64,000 nt of DNA from an uncultured Candidatus Saccharibacteria bacterium (GCA_964368835.1 CAYJCZ010000001.1:89481-153480); one strand, 5' to 3'; positions 19,333 to 28,868 are shown, counted from the stretch's first letter. A program made the numbers and translations. The notes: generated by a model from the sequence alone, not told the origin.

Positions 19333-19410
19333 AAGATATTTCTTTGTTATAGCCGCCTTTGTACAGACACAAAGCCTGAGACATAGTGCGGATCTCCATA
19401 TTATACAACA

Positions 19411-19448
19411 AAAAGCCCGCTGTGCCTTTGCACAGCGGGCTTTTTGTT
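19411..19448. terminator. bidirectional terminator
   Basis: AAAAAGCCCGCTGTGC-cttt-GCACAGCGGGCTTTTTGTT. Confidence 0.65.
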
Positions 19449-19456
19449 CGGGTGTC

Positions 19457-19996
19457 TTATTTCTTTTCTTTCTTTGCCTTTGACTCTTTGTAGAGTTCTA
19501 CAGATCGTTCAAATGCCTTTTCTGCCTCTTTCTTACCCTCAAACCCATGTACGGTAACTTCTTTATTCTGAAGTTTCTTGTATGTTGAGTAAAAATGCTC
19601 GATTTCCTTGATGGTGTGCTTGTTTACATCCTTTAGATCAACTACATCTGAGAATCGTGGGTCGTCAGTAGGTACCGCGATCACTTTTGCATCAGAATCA
19701 CCTGAATCGGTCATGTCCATAATTGCAACAGGGCGAACACGAACGAGAATTCCTGGGAGTAGTGGATATGTAGTGAGAACCACAACGTCGAGGGCATCGC
19801 CGTCATCCCAAAGGGTCTGAGGAACGAATCCGTAATCAAACGGGAAGTCCTGAGCGGTATGAGCTACTCGGTCGAGTGCAATAATACCGGTTTCTTTGTC
19901 GATTTCGTACTTATTCTTTGAACCTTTGTTAATTTCGATAACAACGTTCATCTTATGTGCTGTACCTGATGGCAAGCCGTGAAGTAAATTCATCAT
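19457..19996 (-). CDS. ppa: inorganic pyrophosphatase (family I) with Lys-rich C-terminal tail
   Basis: VVIEINKGSKNKYEID...DFPFDYGFVPQTLWDDGDALDVVVL matches family I PPase active-site blocks. Confidence 0.85.
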   Translation of the reverse strand: MMNLLHGLPSGTAHKMNVVIEINKGSKNKYEIDKETGIIALDRVAHTAQDFPFDYGFVPQTLWDDGDALDVVVLTTYPLLPGILVRVRPVAIMDMTDSGDSDAKVIAVPTDDPRFSDVVDLKDVNKHTIKEIEHFYSTYKKLQNKEVTVHGFEGKKEAEKAFERSVELYKESKAKKEKK

Positions 19997-20020
19997 ATTT
20001 CTATTTAACCCTTATAAATA

Positions 20021-21163
20021 CTACTCAGAAACAGGTTCTGCGGTCTCTGCCTTTGCAACTCCAACTGGTCGAATGTCGATCTTCCAACCGGTAAGTTTTG
20101 CTGCAAGACGTACGTTTTGACCACCTTTACCGATAGCAAGTGACTGCTGATCTTCTTTTACCTCTACCGTGGCTGTTTTTGTAACTTCATCGAGAACTAT
20201 TGATGAAGGTTTAGCTGGAGAAAGTGAATCTTCGATAAACTTCTTTGGATCTGCTGACCATTCGATAATATCGATCTTTTCGTTGTTAAGTTCGCTTGTA
20301 ACAGTCGTAACTCGAACACCTCGCTGTCCAACAAGTGATCCAATAGGATCAATGTGTGAATCATGAGACATAACAGCGATTTTTGATCGTGATCCTGCCT
20401 CTCGAGCGACTGCCTTTACTTCAACAGTCTTATTTGCGATCTCAGGAGCCTCGATTTCAAAGAGTTTTTCGAGGAATTTTGGATGTGATCTAGAAAGTTT
20501 AAGGAATACGCCTCGAGGAGACTCTTCTACGCGGAAAAGGTATGCGCGAAGTCGCTCACCTTGCTTGTAGTGTTCGCTTCGGATTTGCTCTTCAAAGGGC
20601 AAAATACCCGTTGCACGGCCCATATCTACGAAAATAGTGCCTCGTTCGATTCTCTGGACGGTTCCCGAGACAATATCACCTTCACGCTTGCCGTATTCAC
20701 CCAAAACTGACACTTTTTCAGCTTCTCGGATCTTCTGAATGATGACCTGCTTTGCTGTTTGAGCTGCAATTCGGCCGAAATCATCTTTTGGTTCAAGAGG
20801 GAAGAGCATTTCCTCATCGAGTTCCACGTTTTTCTTGATCATTCGTGCTTCGTCAATCCAGATATGGTGTTCTGGGTTGTATCGAACACGTTCATCGTCA
20901 TCTGCGAGCTCAGGAAGCTCTTCTCCCTCAGGAATATCGATAACTTTTGTGTCATCTACGGCGATTTTTACCTGAAAGAACTCGGTTGCGCCTGTATTTA
21001 CGTCAAAAGTAGCTCGAACAATCTGTCCGCGCTTGCCGTACTCCTTCTTATAAGCGGTAGCTAGAGCCATTTCTATGGCTTCGAGTATCTTTTCCTTTGG
21101 AATTCCTCGTTCTTCCTCGAGCTGGCCGAGTACAGAATGAATTACTTTAAGATCAAACAACAT
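20021..21163 (-). CDS. nusA: transcription termination/antitermination factor NusA
   Basis: N-terminal NusA domain, S1 domain and two KH domains. About 380 aa. Confidence 0.9.
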   Translation of the reverse strand: MLFDLKVIHSVLGQLEEERGIPKEKILEAIEMALATAYKKEYGKRGQIVRATFDVNTGATEFFQVKIAVDDTKVIDIPEGEELPELADDDERVRYNPEHHIWIDEARMIKKNVELDEEMLFPLEPKDDFGRIAAQTAKQVIIQKIREAEKVSVLGEYGKREGDIVSGTVQRIERGTIFVDMGRATGILPFEEQIRSEHYKQGERLRAYLFRVEESPRGVFLKLSRSHPKFLEKLFEIEAPEIANKTVEVKAVAREAGSRSKIAVMSHDSHIDPIGSLVGQRGVRVTTVTSELNNEKIDIIEWSADPKKFIEDSLSPAKPSSIVLDEVTKTATVEVKEDQQSLAIGKGGQNVRLAAKLTGWKIDIRPVGVAKAETAEPVSE

Positions 21164-21340
21164 GGGTGATATTTCTATTAATAACGATGCTAATAAAGTG
21201 CCTATTAAACAAGAAAGTCCGCCCGGAGGGCGAACTTACATACTTCATAGCATATATTTTTATCTGGCATTTGTCAAATGAAAGCTATACACAGGTTATC
21301 TACACAATTTAGGTTTTGACTTGTCCATATCCTTGCTATT

Positions 21341-22594
21341 ATGGTATGGATGAAATCTCTTTTTGTAAAAATTCTCTTCGTTCTTTCACTCTCTGTACTT
21401 CCTCTCTTTGCATCCGCTGATGTTGGAAACGTCACTGGCTACGCATGGTCCGACAATATTGGTTGGATTAGTTTTACGTGTCTTAACACGAGCACGTGTG
21501 CAAGTAATGGTGGTAACGACTACGGTGTTACAGAAAATCCTGGTGGCAGTCTCACCGGCTACGCATGGTCAGATAATATAGGATGGGTCAAATTTGGCGG
21601 TCTCGCTAGTTTTCCATCTGGAGCGGGTACTGTTGCTCAGAACGCTCAGCTTGTTGGAGCAAATCTTGTTGGATGGGCACGAGCGTGTGCCGGAACAGCA
21701 GGAGGAGATTGTTCAAGCATGACAAGTCGAACAGACGGTTGGGATGGTTGGATTTCACTTGGAGGTACAAACTACGGTGTAACAAAAGTTGGTCAACAGT
21801 TTACGGATTATGCATGGGGCGGAGATGTAGTAGGTTGGATACTTTTTGACATACAAAATAAATTCCCAGCTGTCTGTGCTGGATGTGGAGTTATAGGTGG
21901 CGGCGGAGGAAGCAATGCGGATCTCGATGTGCGAAGTGGTGGAGCAGGTGGACCATCAATAGTAGGTAACGGTGCAGTCCTCTACGGCACTATCCCAACT
22001 TTTGTGTGGACGATCGTATCTCCGACAATGACATGCGATATCACAAAAACAGCTGGAGGCACAGCATTCACCTCTATATTAGGAGAGACCACATCAGGCT
22101 CTCGTGCCGGCAATCCTCTTAGCTCAGCTGGTCTTCATACATATCATCTTGAATGTACAAACCCTGCATATACAAAAGATGTAAGCTTTACCGTAGCGCC
22201 TCAAGTCACAGGCTTCTCAATGGGTGGAACTGAAACGGCTCGCATTCAATTCTTGGGATCAGGTCCTGCGAATTCTGAAATAAAGTCTCTATTTGTAACT
22301 CCTGGAGGTGGATTTAGTAATCCAGTTACAATTTCTATAACAGGTTTTCCTACTCCTCCTGCAGGAACCACCTTCACATATTCACTCGGAGGTAGTCCGT
22401 TTGTAGCAAATCCACCATCAGTTGTGATCAGTGATCCGTATCTCGCAGGTCAGACATTCCAGATTCGTTCATCAAGACCGATTTCAAATACATACACAAT
22501 CACTCTCACAGGTACAGCAAGCGGAGCATCAAATGTAACAAAGGACATCATTCTTGATCCTCGAGCATTTGATCCTTCATTTAATGAAATTTAA
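21341..22594 (+). CDS. secreted protein with novel Trp-rich GYAWSDNIGWI-x-F repeats
   Basis: Signal peptide, then at least four repeats: GYAWSDNIGWISF, GYAWSDNIGWVKFGG, DGWDGWISLGG, DYAWGGDVVGWILFD. C-terminal Thr/Ser/Gly-rich beta-rich region. No family recognised. Confidence 0.6.
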   Translation: MVWMKSLFVKILFVLSLSVLPLFASADVGNVTGYAWSDNIGWISFTCLNTSTCASNGGNDYGVTENPGGSLTGYAWSDNIGWVKFGGLASFPSGAGTVAQNAQLVGANLVGWARACAGTAGGDCSSMTSRTDGWDGWISLGGTNYGVTKVGQQFTDYAWGGDVVGWILFDIQNKFPAVCAGCGVIGGGGGSNADLDVRSGGAGGPSIVGNGAVLYGTIPTFVWTIVSPTMTCDITKTAGGTAFTSILGETTSGSRAGNPLSSAGLHTYHLECTNPAYTKDVSFTVAPQVTGFSMGGTETARIQFLGSGPANSEIKSLFVTPGGGFSNPVTISITGFPTPPAGTTFTYSLGGSPFVANPPSVVISDPYLAGQTFQIRSSRPISNTYTITLTGTASGASNVTKDIILDPRAFDPSFNEI

Positions 22595-22600
22595 ACGAGC

Positions 22601-22870
22601 ATGAAAAAGATTATTCTCATAATTGTTGTGTTGGCCGCGGTTGTCCTCCTTGTGCTATGGAAAGTATCGCAGGATAATGTAAAGCAAGAATCAACTTCAG
22701 TAGAAACTGCCCGAGCGCTCGACAGACTGGCGGCGCCGACACCGGAAGAAAAGCCTCTTACACCAGAGCAACAGGAAGCAATTCAAGGTTTATCAGCTCC
22801 TCAGACTCAGAAATCAGAGGCGCAGATGAAACAAGAAGCTGAAGCGTTACGATTATTAGAAGGAAAATAA
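22601..22870 (+). CDS. small secreted/membrane-anchored hypothetical protein
   Basis: N-terminal hydrophobic helix, Gln/Glu/Ala-rich C-terminus. Tightly packed in the operon. Confidence 0.4.
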   Translation: MKKIILIIVVLAAVVLLVLWKVSQDNVKQESTSVETARALDRLAAPTPEEKPLTPEQQEAIQGLSAPQTQKSEAQMKQEAEALRLLEGK

Positions 22871-22886
22871 AAGCACAACAAAACCC

Positions 22887-23474
22887 ATGACTCGAATTAC
22901 AACGATTACCATAGCAACACTAAGCGCACTCTCACTCACTCTCTTTCCACTTGGAGCAGGTGCGTGGACAGGTCCGTCCGCAACACCGCCAGGTGCAAAC
23001 ACTGCGGCTCCTCTTAATGTGTCTGGCAACTCTCAGGCAAAGGCAGCAGGACTTCTTCTTGCAACTTCGGCGGCTACGTACGGTCTTCTTGTGCAGAATG
23101 GAAACGTGGGTATTGGGCTTCTCAATCCAGTCTACAAGCTTGAGATTGCAGGGAGTGTAGGAGCAGGTGCTTTCTTCTATACGTCAGATCGAAATCTCAA
23201 GAAGAATATTTCTCCATTGAACGGCTCTCTTTCAAAAATTTTGAGCCTCGAAGGTGTTTCGTTTGCTTGGAAGGATACTGGAGCAAAGAGCGTGGGCCTC
23301 GTAGCGCAGGATGTTGAAAAGGTGTACCCAGAGCTTGTTCATACAAATCCTCAGAGTGGTATCAAGTCTGTTGAATACGGAAACCTTGTAGCACCACTTA
23401 TTGAAGCAATCAAAGAACAGCAGAAGCAGATTGATCAATTAAAAGCAGAGGTGAAGGCACTTAAGGGGGAATAA
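22887..23474 (+). CDS. secreted Gly/Ala-rich protein with C-terminal intramolecular-chaperone (peptidase S74-like) domain
   Basis: C-terminal SDRNLKKNI...LSLEGVSFAWKD...VGLVAQDVEKVYPELV...VEYGNLVAPLIEAIKEQQKQIDQLKAEVKALK matches the tail-fibre/endosialidase C-terminal chaperone domain pattern (SDxRxK auto-cleavage region, IAQE..PELV, LIEA.KEL, coiled tail). Confidence 0.65.
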   Translation: MTRITTITIATLSALSLTLFPLGAGAWTGPSATPPGANTAAPLNVSGNSQAKAAGLLLATSAATYGLLVQNGNVGIGLLNPVYKLEIAGSVGAGAFFYTSDRNLKKNISPLNGSLSKILSLEGVSFAWKDTGAKSVGLVAQDVEKVYPELVHTNPQSGIKSVEYGNLVAPLIEAIKEQQKQIDQLKAEVKALKGE

Positions 23475-23478
23475 ATAT

Positions 23479-23928
23479 ATGGATCCAATAATTCAAGCAA
23501 ACCCAGAGCAAAAGCAATCTCCGAAATTTGTGTTAGTTGGGATACTTTTGTTAGCTGCTGTTGGTCTTGGTGGCTACATCTATATGACACCTGGTACCTC
23601 TAAGACAGTAGAGCAAGATGGATATACCCAAAAAGAGGCAGTGGAATATGTAAAGACATCTGCAACAAATGCAGTAGCTGCAAATTCAGTTAACATCTCT
23701 GGTTGCGCACCTGATGTAAAAGTAGCTCAGGTAAATATGGGGGATGCTTTGGAATTTAATAACCCCGACAGAATTGGTCACACGATTTGGTTCAGTCCCG
23801 ATCAAACATACCTCATTCCACTTCAAAGTAAGGTAAGTATCAAGCTCAATTTTTTGAAATTTCCAGGCGTAGTTGATTATATGTGCGATTCCAAGTTTGT
23901 CGGCCAGGTTTTTATTACCAATAAATAA
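23479..23928 (+). CDS. hypothetical membrane-anchored protein
   Basis: N-terminal TM ([20 protein letters not shown]), about 125 aa extracytoplasmic domain with 2 Cys. Confidence 0.45.
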   Translation: MDPIIQANPEQKQSPKFVLVGILLLAAVGLGGYIYMTPGTSKTVEQDGYTQKEAVEYVKTSATNAVAANSVNISGCAPDVKVAQVNMGDALEFNNPDRIGHTIWFSPDQTYLIPLQSKVSIKLNFLKFPGVVDYMCDSKFVGQVFITNK

Positions 23929-25811
23929 TGAAAGCGCTAACTATGAGAGCTTTAATACGAAAAATCGGAATAGTTTGCTTTACTGTTTTGTCACTTGTGG
24001 TGGTGCTTGGGAATAATGCTTTTGCCGCTGAGCGCTATCAAGTGGATCCTGGGCAGACGGCTATAATTGATGAATGGGGTGTTTGTTACAACGTAACAAA
24101 CAATGTTCCTAATCCACCTGTCTTTGTCCCAACTAGAACATCGGGGGAATGGAGTTCATTTTATACAAACGTACCGCCTAATGTGCAGTTGACACCATGT
24201 GTTGCTGGAATTCCTGGGTGTATGGATCCTGTGGCTACAAATTATGATCCTGCAGCAACTATAAATGTTGGATGTACATATGCACCCGGCTGCGATCCTA
24301 TTGCTGGAACCACTTGTACCTCTGGTAGCAATGTGTGCGGCCAGTACACGACAGACAGTTATGACTGTACAGGTAGTTGTCCTGCGGTCACACCGCCTGA
24401 CACAAACTGTCCTATGATTGTTGTGGGATGTACAAGTCCCGGCGCTCTAAACTATAATCCCGCAGCTAATGTGAGTGGTCTTTGTCTATGGCCAACAGGA
24501 TGTATGACTCCTGGTTATGACAATTATGATCCAGCTGCTGTGGTTCCTGATTCTTGTAATTGTAATGCTGGTAGGTCATGGAACGGTAATGCGTGTCAGG
24601 ATGATGCGCTTCCAATTGACGGAGGTTGGTCGGCTTGCAGTGTTTCTTGTGGGGGTGGAACTCGTAGCTGTGATAATCCAGCACCAGCAAACGGAGGTGC
24701 GGCTTGTACCGGTTCAACAGATTGCAACACACAGGCTTGCCCTACAGGTCCTGTAGATGGAGGTTGGTCAGGATGGGGACCTTGCTCTGCTTCTTGCGGA
24801 GGAGGAACTCAAAGCCGTTCATGTGATAACCCTGTACCTGCAAACGGAGGCGCTGCCTGTTCTGGTAGTTCATCACAAGCTTGCAACACTCAGGCGTGTT
24901 TAGCGGGATGTACAACTGAAACCTGTGGAGCAACTGCTCCTAATGGTGATGTTTGTGGTTCACCTGTTGATCCTGGATGTGGTGGCGGTCCAGTCGGACC
25001 TCGTGGATGTAGTACTGAAACTTGCGGAGCAGTAGCTCCTAATGGAGACATTTGCGGCTCACCAACTGACCCTGGATGTGGTGGCGGTCCAGCATGTGTT
25101 CCAAGTTGTGCAGGAAGGACTTGTGGGGCAACTGATAGTTGCGGCACAGGAACTTGCGGTTCACCAACTGACCCTGGATGTGGTGGCGGTCCAGCATGTG
25201 TTCCAAGTTGTGCAGGAAGGACTTGTGGGGCAACTGATAGTTGCGGCACAGGAACTTGCGGTTCACCAACTGACCCTGGATGTGGCCCAATTGGCCCTGC
25301 AGGTTGTACGACTGAGTCTTGCGGAGCAACTGCTCCCAACGGTGATATGTGTGGAGGGGTTTGTGATTCAGGTTGCCCAGCAGCAGGATCACCTGGATGT
25401 ACTGGAGCTTGTACTACAGAAACCTGCGGTGCTCAATCTCCTAACGGATCTGTCTGCGGTAGTAATTGTGATGCGGGATGTCCTGGTGCTGGTGGACCAG
25501 GTTGTGGAGGAGGCGGGGGCGGAGGAGGACCTACGTGTGACCCAACATGCGGGTGCGGAATGCACGAGGAGTTCGTTTGCGATATTATGGATTTGGAATG
25601 CACGTGCGATTCATCCCCGTCTGGATGTAGTTTAGATACTCCACCGACATCATGTTCAGCTTTTGAGTGTAATTGTAACGAATATGGCGAGTATCCTAAT
25701 TGTACTGATTGGTACGGTAATCCCGGAGGATTCAGTTGTACGGTTACGGGTTGTGGTATGAACTGTAATCTTGCCTGCACCATAGGTTCAGATCGATGTG
25801 TGCCAGATTAA
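23928..25811 (+). CDS. secreted cysteine-rich protein with two thrombospondin type-1-like repeats and tandem 34-aa Cys-rich repeats
   Basis: Signal peptide. TSP1-like [39 protein letters not shown] and [43 protein letters not shown]. Then [28 protein letters not shown] repeats. Confidence 0.7.
   Translation: MKALTMRALIRKIGIVCFTVLSLVVVLGNNAFAAERYQVDPGQTAIIDEWGVCYNVTNNVPNPPVFVPTRTSGEWSSFYTNVPPNVQLTPCVAGIPGCMDPVATNYDPAATINVGCTYAPGCDPIAGTTCTSGSNVCGQYTTDSYDCTGSCPAVTPPDTNCPMIVVGCTSPGALNYNPAANVSGLCLWPTGCMTPGYDNYDPAAVVPDSCNCNAGRSWNGNACQDDALPIDGGWSACSVSCGGGTRSCDNPAPANGGAACTGSTDCNTQACPTGPVDGGWSGWGPCSASCGGGTQSRSCDNPVPANGGAACSGSSSQACNTQACLAGCTTETCGATAPNGDVCGSPVDPGCGGGPVGPRGCSTETCGAVAPNGDICGSPTDPGCGGGPACVPSCAGRTCGATDSCGTGTCGSPTDPGCGGGPACVPSCAGRTCGATDSCGTGTCGSPTDPGCGPIGPAGCTTESCGATAPNGDMCGGVCDSGCPAAGSPGCTGACTTETCGAQSPNGSVCGSNCDAGCPGAGGPGCGGGGGGGGPTCDPTCGCGMHEEFVCDIMDLECTCDSSPSGCSLDTPPTSCSAFECNCNEYGEYPNCTDWYGNPGGFSCTVTGCGMNCNLACTIGSDRCVPD
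25081..25284 (+). repeat. perfect 102-nt tandem duplication (2 copies) inside the Cys-rich gene
   Basis: gtggcggtccagcatgtgttccaagttgtgcaggaaggacttgtggggcaactgatagttgcggcacaggaacttgcggttcaccaactgaccctggatgtg occurs twice back-to-back. It encodes identical 34-aa units, with older diverged copies flanking. Confidence 0.85.
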
Positions 25812-25844
25812 ATTTAAAAGTCCTGTTAAGTTTATATAATTAAA

Positions 25845-26396
25845 ATGAACAACACACTTAAGATAGTCATCGCCTTACTTCTATGTATTTGTGTTGGATA
25901 TTTTATTTATAGTAAACAGACAAAGAGTACATCGCCACAATTGAATAATAGTGGAACAACTAGCATAAATACTTATAAGTTTGCCGAAGGAAGTTTGCCA
26001 AATAATCCGAATATTAAAACCAGTGAACAGAAGTTTCTTTTTGAGAATCTTTTGAAGCGAGATTCAACATTGGAGGAAAGAAAAAAAATTCTAACTATGG
26101 CAGTAAATGCAGCCGTGGATACCAATGCGCTCGTCCTTAGCGAAAATTGCCTGTCTAATCCGCCTGTAATTAAAATGACGTACGCTTCGAAGTTAAGTGT
26201 CTCAAATACATCAAAAACTGATCAACAGATGATAATTGGTACAAGCAGTGTAATATTGCCAAAAAATTCAGTAAAGACTGTCACGCTTGAGCAGTTGGGA
26301 GTAGGGCAGCTTGCTTCTAAAGGAGTAGTGTTGAAGAGTTATGCCTGCACAGGATTAGATTATCCAGCTGGGTTCATTGTTGTATATCCAAACTAA
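25845..26396 (+). CDS. hypothetical membrane-anchored protein
   Basis: N-terminal TM, Asn/Ser/Thr-rich extracytoplasmic region. Confidence 0.45.
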   Translation: MNNTLKIVIALLLCICVGYFIYSKQTKSTSPQLNNSGTTSINTYKFAEGSLPNNPNIKTSEQKFLFENLLKRDSTLEERKKILTMAVNAAVDTNALVLSENCLSNPPVIKMTYASKLSVSNTSKTDQQMIIGTSSVILPKNSVKTVTLEQLGVGQLASKGVVLKSYACTGLDYPAGFIVVYPN

Positions 26397-27660
26397 AATT
26401 TTCAACAGGCAATTTTTTGCTTTTAGTTGCCTTTTCTTAATTGTATTAAGTGGCTTTTTTCTACGCTTTTATAGTATTGGTTCGCAGTCTTTATGGATAG
26501 ATGAAATTTATACTGTGAACGCTGCATTTTCTGTACTCGAACACGTTATCCCTCTACTTGACTCCGGTCAAATATATACAAATAATTTTGTTTCTGTATA
26601 TCTCACGGCTCTTACTATTAAGATTGCTGGGTTTGATGTATTTAATCCTTGGGCCTCAAGGTTACCGTCTGTTTTTTTTGGAACCTTACTCATCCCATTA
26701 GTGTATTTTCTTTCAAAGAAAGTATTCGAGAATGAAAAAGCTGCATTTTTTTCGGCGTTTTTAATTGCTTTTTCGTATCTTGAAATTGCATGGTCTAGGC
26801 AGGTAAGAGGATATGCTGCACTAGCTTTTTTTATAACCATAGCTTTGTATCATCTTTGGAATTATCTTTTGGAAGCAAAAACACGGAATTTGTTAATATT
26901 TTTTGTGTATTATGTACTCGCATGTCTATCTCACTGGGCTGCACTTACATTTACACCTTCATTACTATTAGTTCTCGTAATTAAAAAACAGATACCAGTT
27001 GAAAAGCTGTGGGGGAAGATATTGTTTTTTACGCTATTTGTAATACCTCCTTTGATTCTTTTAAAATTTAAGTATCCGGTTTCAGGAGGGATTTTCCTAA
27101 GGTATGCAGTCTTCCCATTTTTTCCTATCGTGAGTATTCTTTTTGGCTATATTGTTGTTAGGTTATTTGAGTACCCTTCAGTAAAAGGCAGGTTAGTTCC
27201 AAAATTAGTTTTGGCAGGTTGTGTTGCGATAATTGTTTTCATGATGCCACTTCAGCTTATTCCACTTAAGACACACGAACTTTATCTCCAGGCCCCCCAG
27301 CCAGATTTTAATAAGGTTTTTTCAATTATTCTAAATGAAAGAGAGAGTGATGATGTTGTCATCACATTGCGTCCAGTTTTGAGTCGTCTGTATTTAGGTA
27401 GCGACGGTCTATGGCTCTCGCTTAAATCAAAAAAAGTTGATGAAATTGATATGTACGTTGGAGCAAAACCACTTGTTAAATCATCCGAGTTAATGGACGT
27501 AATTAATTTTGGGAGTGGTTTTATTGTGGTGGATGGGCACTCGTTTTTCACTATTCTACTGAAAAAATATCCAGAAATTTTTGAGCATCCCAAGCTTAAA
27601 CTTAGAATGTATTCCTGTGGTGCAAAACAATTAGACTGTATCTGGCTTTACCGTTTTTAA
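26377..27660 (+). CDS. GT-C fold glycosyltransferase (PMT_2/ArnT-like, GT39/GT83 type), polytopic membrane protein
   Basis: About 11 TM helices with a first-loop DE motif (SLWIDEIYTVNAA) characteristic of PMT/ArnT-type polyprenyl-phosphate-sugar dependent transferases. Confidence 0.6.
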   Translation: MLYIQTKIFNRQFFAFSCLFLIVLSGFFLRFYSIGSQSLWIDEIYTVNAAFSVLEHVIPLLDSGQIYTNNFVSVYLTALTIKIAGFDVFNPWASRLPSVFFGTLLIPLVYFLSKKVFENEKAAFFSAFLIAFSYLEIAWSRQVRGYAALAFFITIALYHLWNYLLEAKTRNLLIFFVYYVLACLSHWAALTFTPSLLLVLVIKKQIPVEKLWGKILFFTLFVIPPLILLKFKYPVSGGIFLRYAVFPFFPIVSILFGYIVVRLFEYPSVKGRLVPKLVLAGCVAIIVFMMPLQLIPLKTHELYLQAPQPDFNKVFSIILNERESDDVVITLRPVLSRLYLGSDGLWLSLKSKKVDEIDMYVGAKPLVKSSELMDVINFGSGFIVVDGHSFFTILLKKYPEIFEHPKLKLRMYSCGAKQLDCIWLYRF

Positions 27661-27771
27661 AGTTACAATTAGAACACACGTTTGCTTTTTTTTCTAATAG
27701 GCGTATGCTTTAGCTAGAGCACTATATGTTGTCAATGATGTTGTTTAAAATCATGTTTTTGGAGGTAATAA

Positions 27772-28818
27772 ATGAAATCTACAGGCTTTGTTTCTGTTTG
27801 GTTTCCGTACGTGGCGATTTCGCTACTACTGTTTGTTGAATGTTTTTCAGCTCCGAACGTAAAGACGGCTTTTGTTCCGTCATTCGTTCCAACACCACTC
27901 GAGGACCTCACTACCACAGATCCTTCAATCCGTCGTCAGATTCCACTTCTCAGCGGTTGGGTTGTCAGAAATCAAGCTAGAATTGTTGGAAATCCACGAT
28001 TGATAATCAAGGATGGTAGTTTGGTGGGTGTCGATGTTGATTATGTTAATGATGAACCCAGTCCGATTGAGTTGGGCTACAAACGGTTTGAAACTCCTTT
28101 TGCACTCCCTTCAGACGTCTCTGAAAAGAGGGTAGAAGAGGAGGTTTGGAAGAAAATTTGCAAACAGGGTTCAGACCAGACAAGTGACTTCTTCGGCAGT
28201 TATTCCTTGGGGCTAAATTTAGTTCAAGGGGATAAGGAAAGAATTGTATACGGTATTTGGTATCTACGAAAAAATACCACCTATACTCGATACGATTCGA
28301 AGAAAAATAAGTTTGTCACATCGGCACCACAGGTTTATCTGAGAAGGATAATGGAGCTTGCTGCATTGCCAGCTCCGACGCCGTTACTGGTTACAGAGAG
28401 GCCAGATCTGCGTTTGGTGACCGAGGAGAAAGAAGTTACCCTTACCCTGACAGCGGCACATGTACCCTTCAAATTGGAGGTTGATTCCAAGTTGGCCACC
28501 GTGATGGAGCCTGTAAGGGTCGTTGCGGAGTGGTTGGATGTCCAGCCTGTTTTAAGGAATGGAAAGATCGATCAGCTTAAGATTGTTCGGGTGGCCGCAG
28601 GTACTCCTTTAGAGAAGGCTGGTGTCAGGGTTGGCCAGCAAATCCGGAGTATCCAAGGGGTGAACGTAATCGGACTGACTGAGCGAGAGTATGATCAAAA
28701 GATGATCGAAACTCCTGTAAAGGGAACATTTCAGATCGAGGTGATTGATTCCTTTGGTAAGATTACTCGTATTAATCTGATCCAGAGCCCGTCTCCACTA
28801 GCATCTGTATCTCCTTGA
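27772..28818 (+). CDS. secreted hypothetical protein with C-terminal PDZ-like segment
   Basis: Signal peptide. C-terminal IVRVAAGTPLEKAGVRVGQQIRSIQGVNV resembles a PDZ binding loop. Confidence 0.5.
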   Translation: MKSTGFVSVWFPYVAISLLLFVECFSAPNVKTAFVPSFVPTPLEDLTTTDPSIRRQIPLLSGWVVRNQARIVGNPRLIIKDGSLVGVDVDYVNDEPSPIELGYKRFETPFALPSDVSEKRVEEEVWKKICKQGSDQTSDFFGSYSLGLNLVQGDKERIVYGIWYLRKNTTYTRYDSKKNKFVTSAPQVYLRRIMELAALPAPTPLLVTERPDLRLVTEEKEVTLTLTAAHVPFKLEVDSKLATVMEPVRVVAEWLDVQPVLRNGKIDQLKIVRVAAGTPLEKAGVRVGQQIRSIQGVNVIGLTEREYDQKMIETPVKGTFQIEVIDSFGKITRINLIQSPSPLASVSP

Positions 28819-28836
28819 GATTGTTTCAGGCACTTG

Positions 28837-28868
28837 CAAACCAATGAATTCGTTCATTGGTTTTTTAT
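28837..28868. terminator. bidirectional terminator
   Basis: AAACCAATGAA-ttcg-TTCATTGGTTTTTTATTTT. Confidence 0.6.

Noticed and set aside
24890-25783. Antisense ORFs 24890-25339, 25039-25392, 25042-25635 and 25433-25783, and any CRISPR-like reading of the 102-nt repeat
   Set aside because: They lie inside the GC/Cys-codon-rich repeat region of the TSP1-like gene. The repeats are in-frame coding units (34 aa) without spacers, so this is not a CRISPR array.
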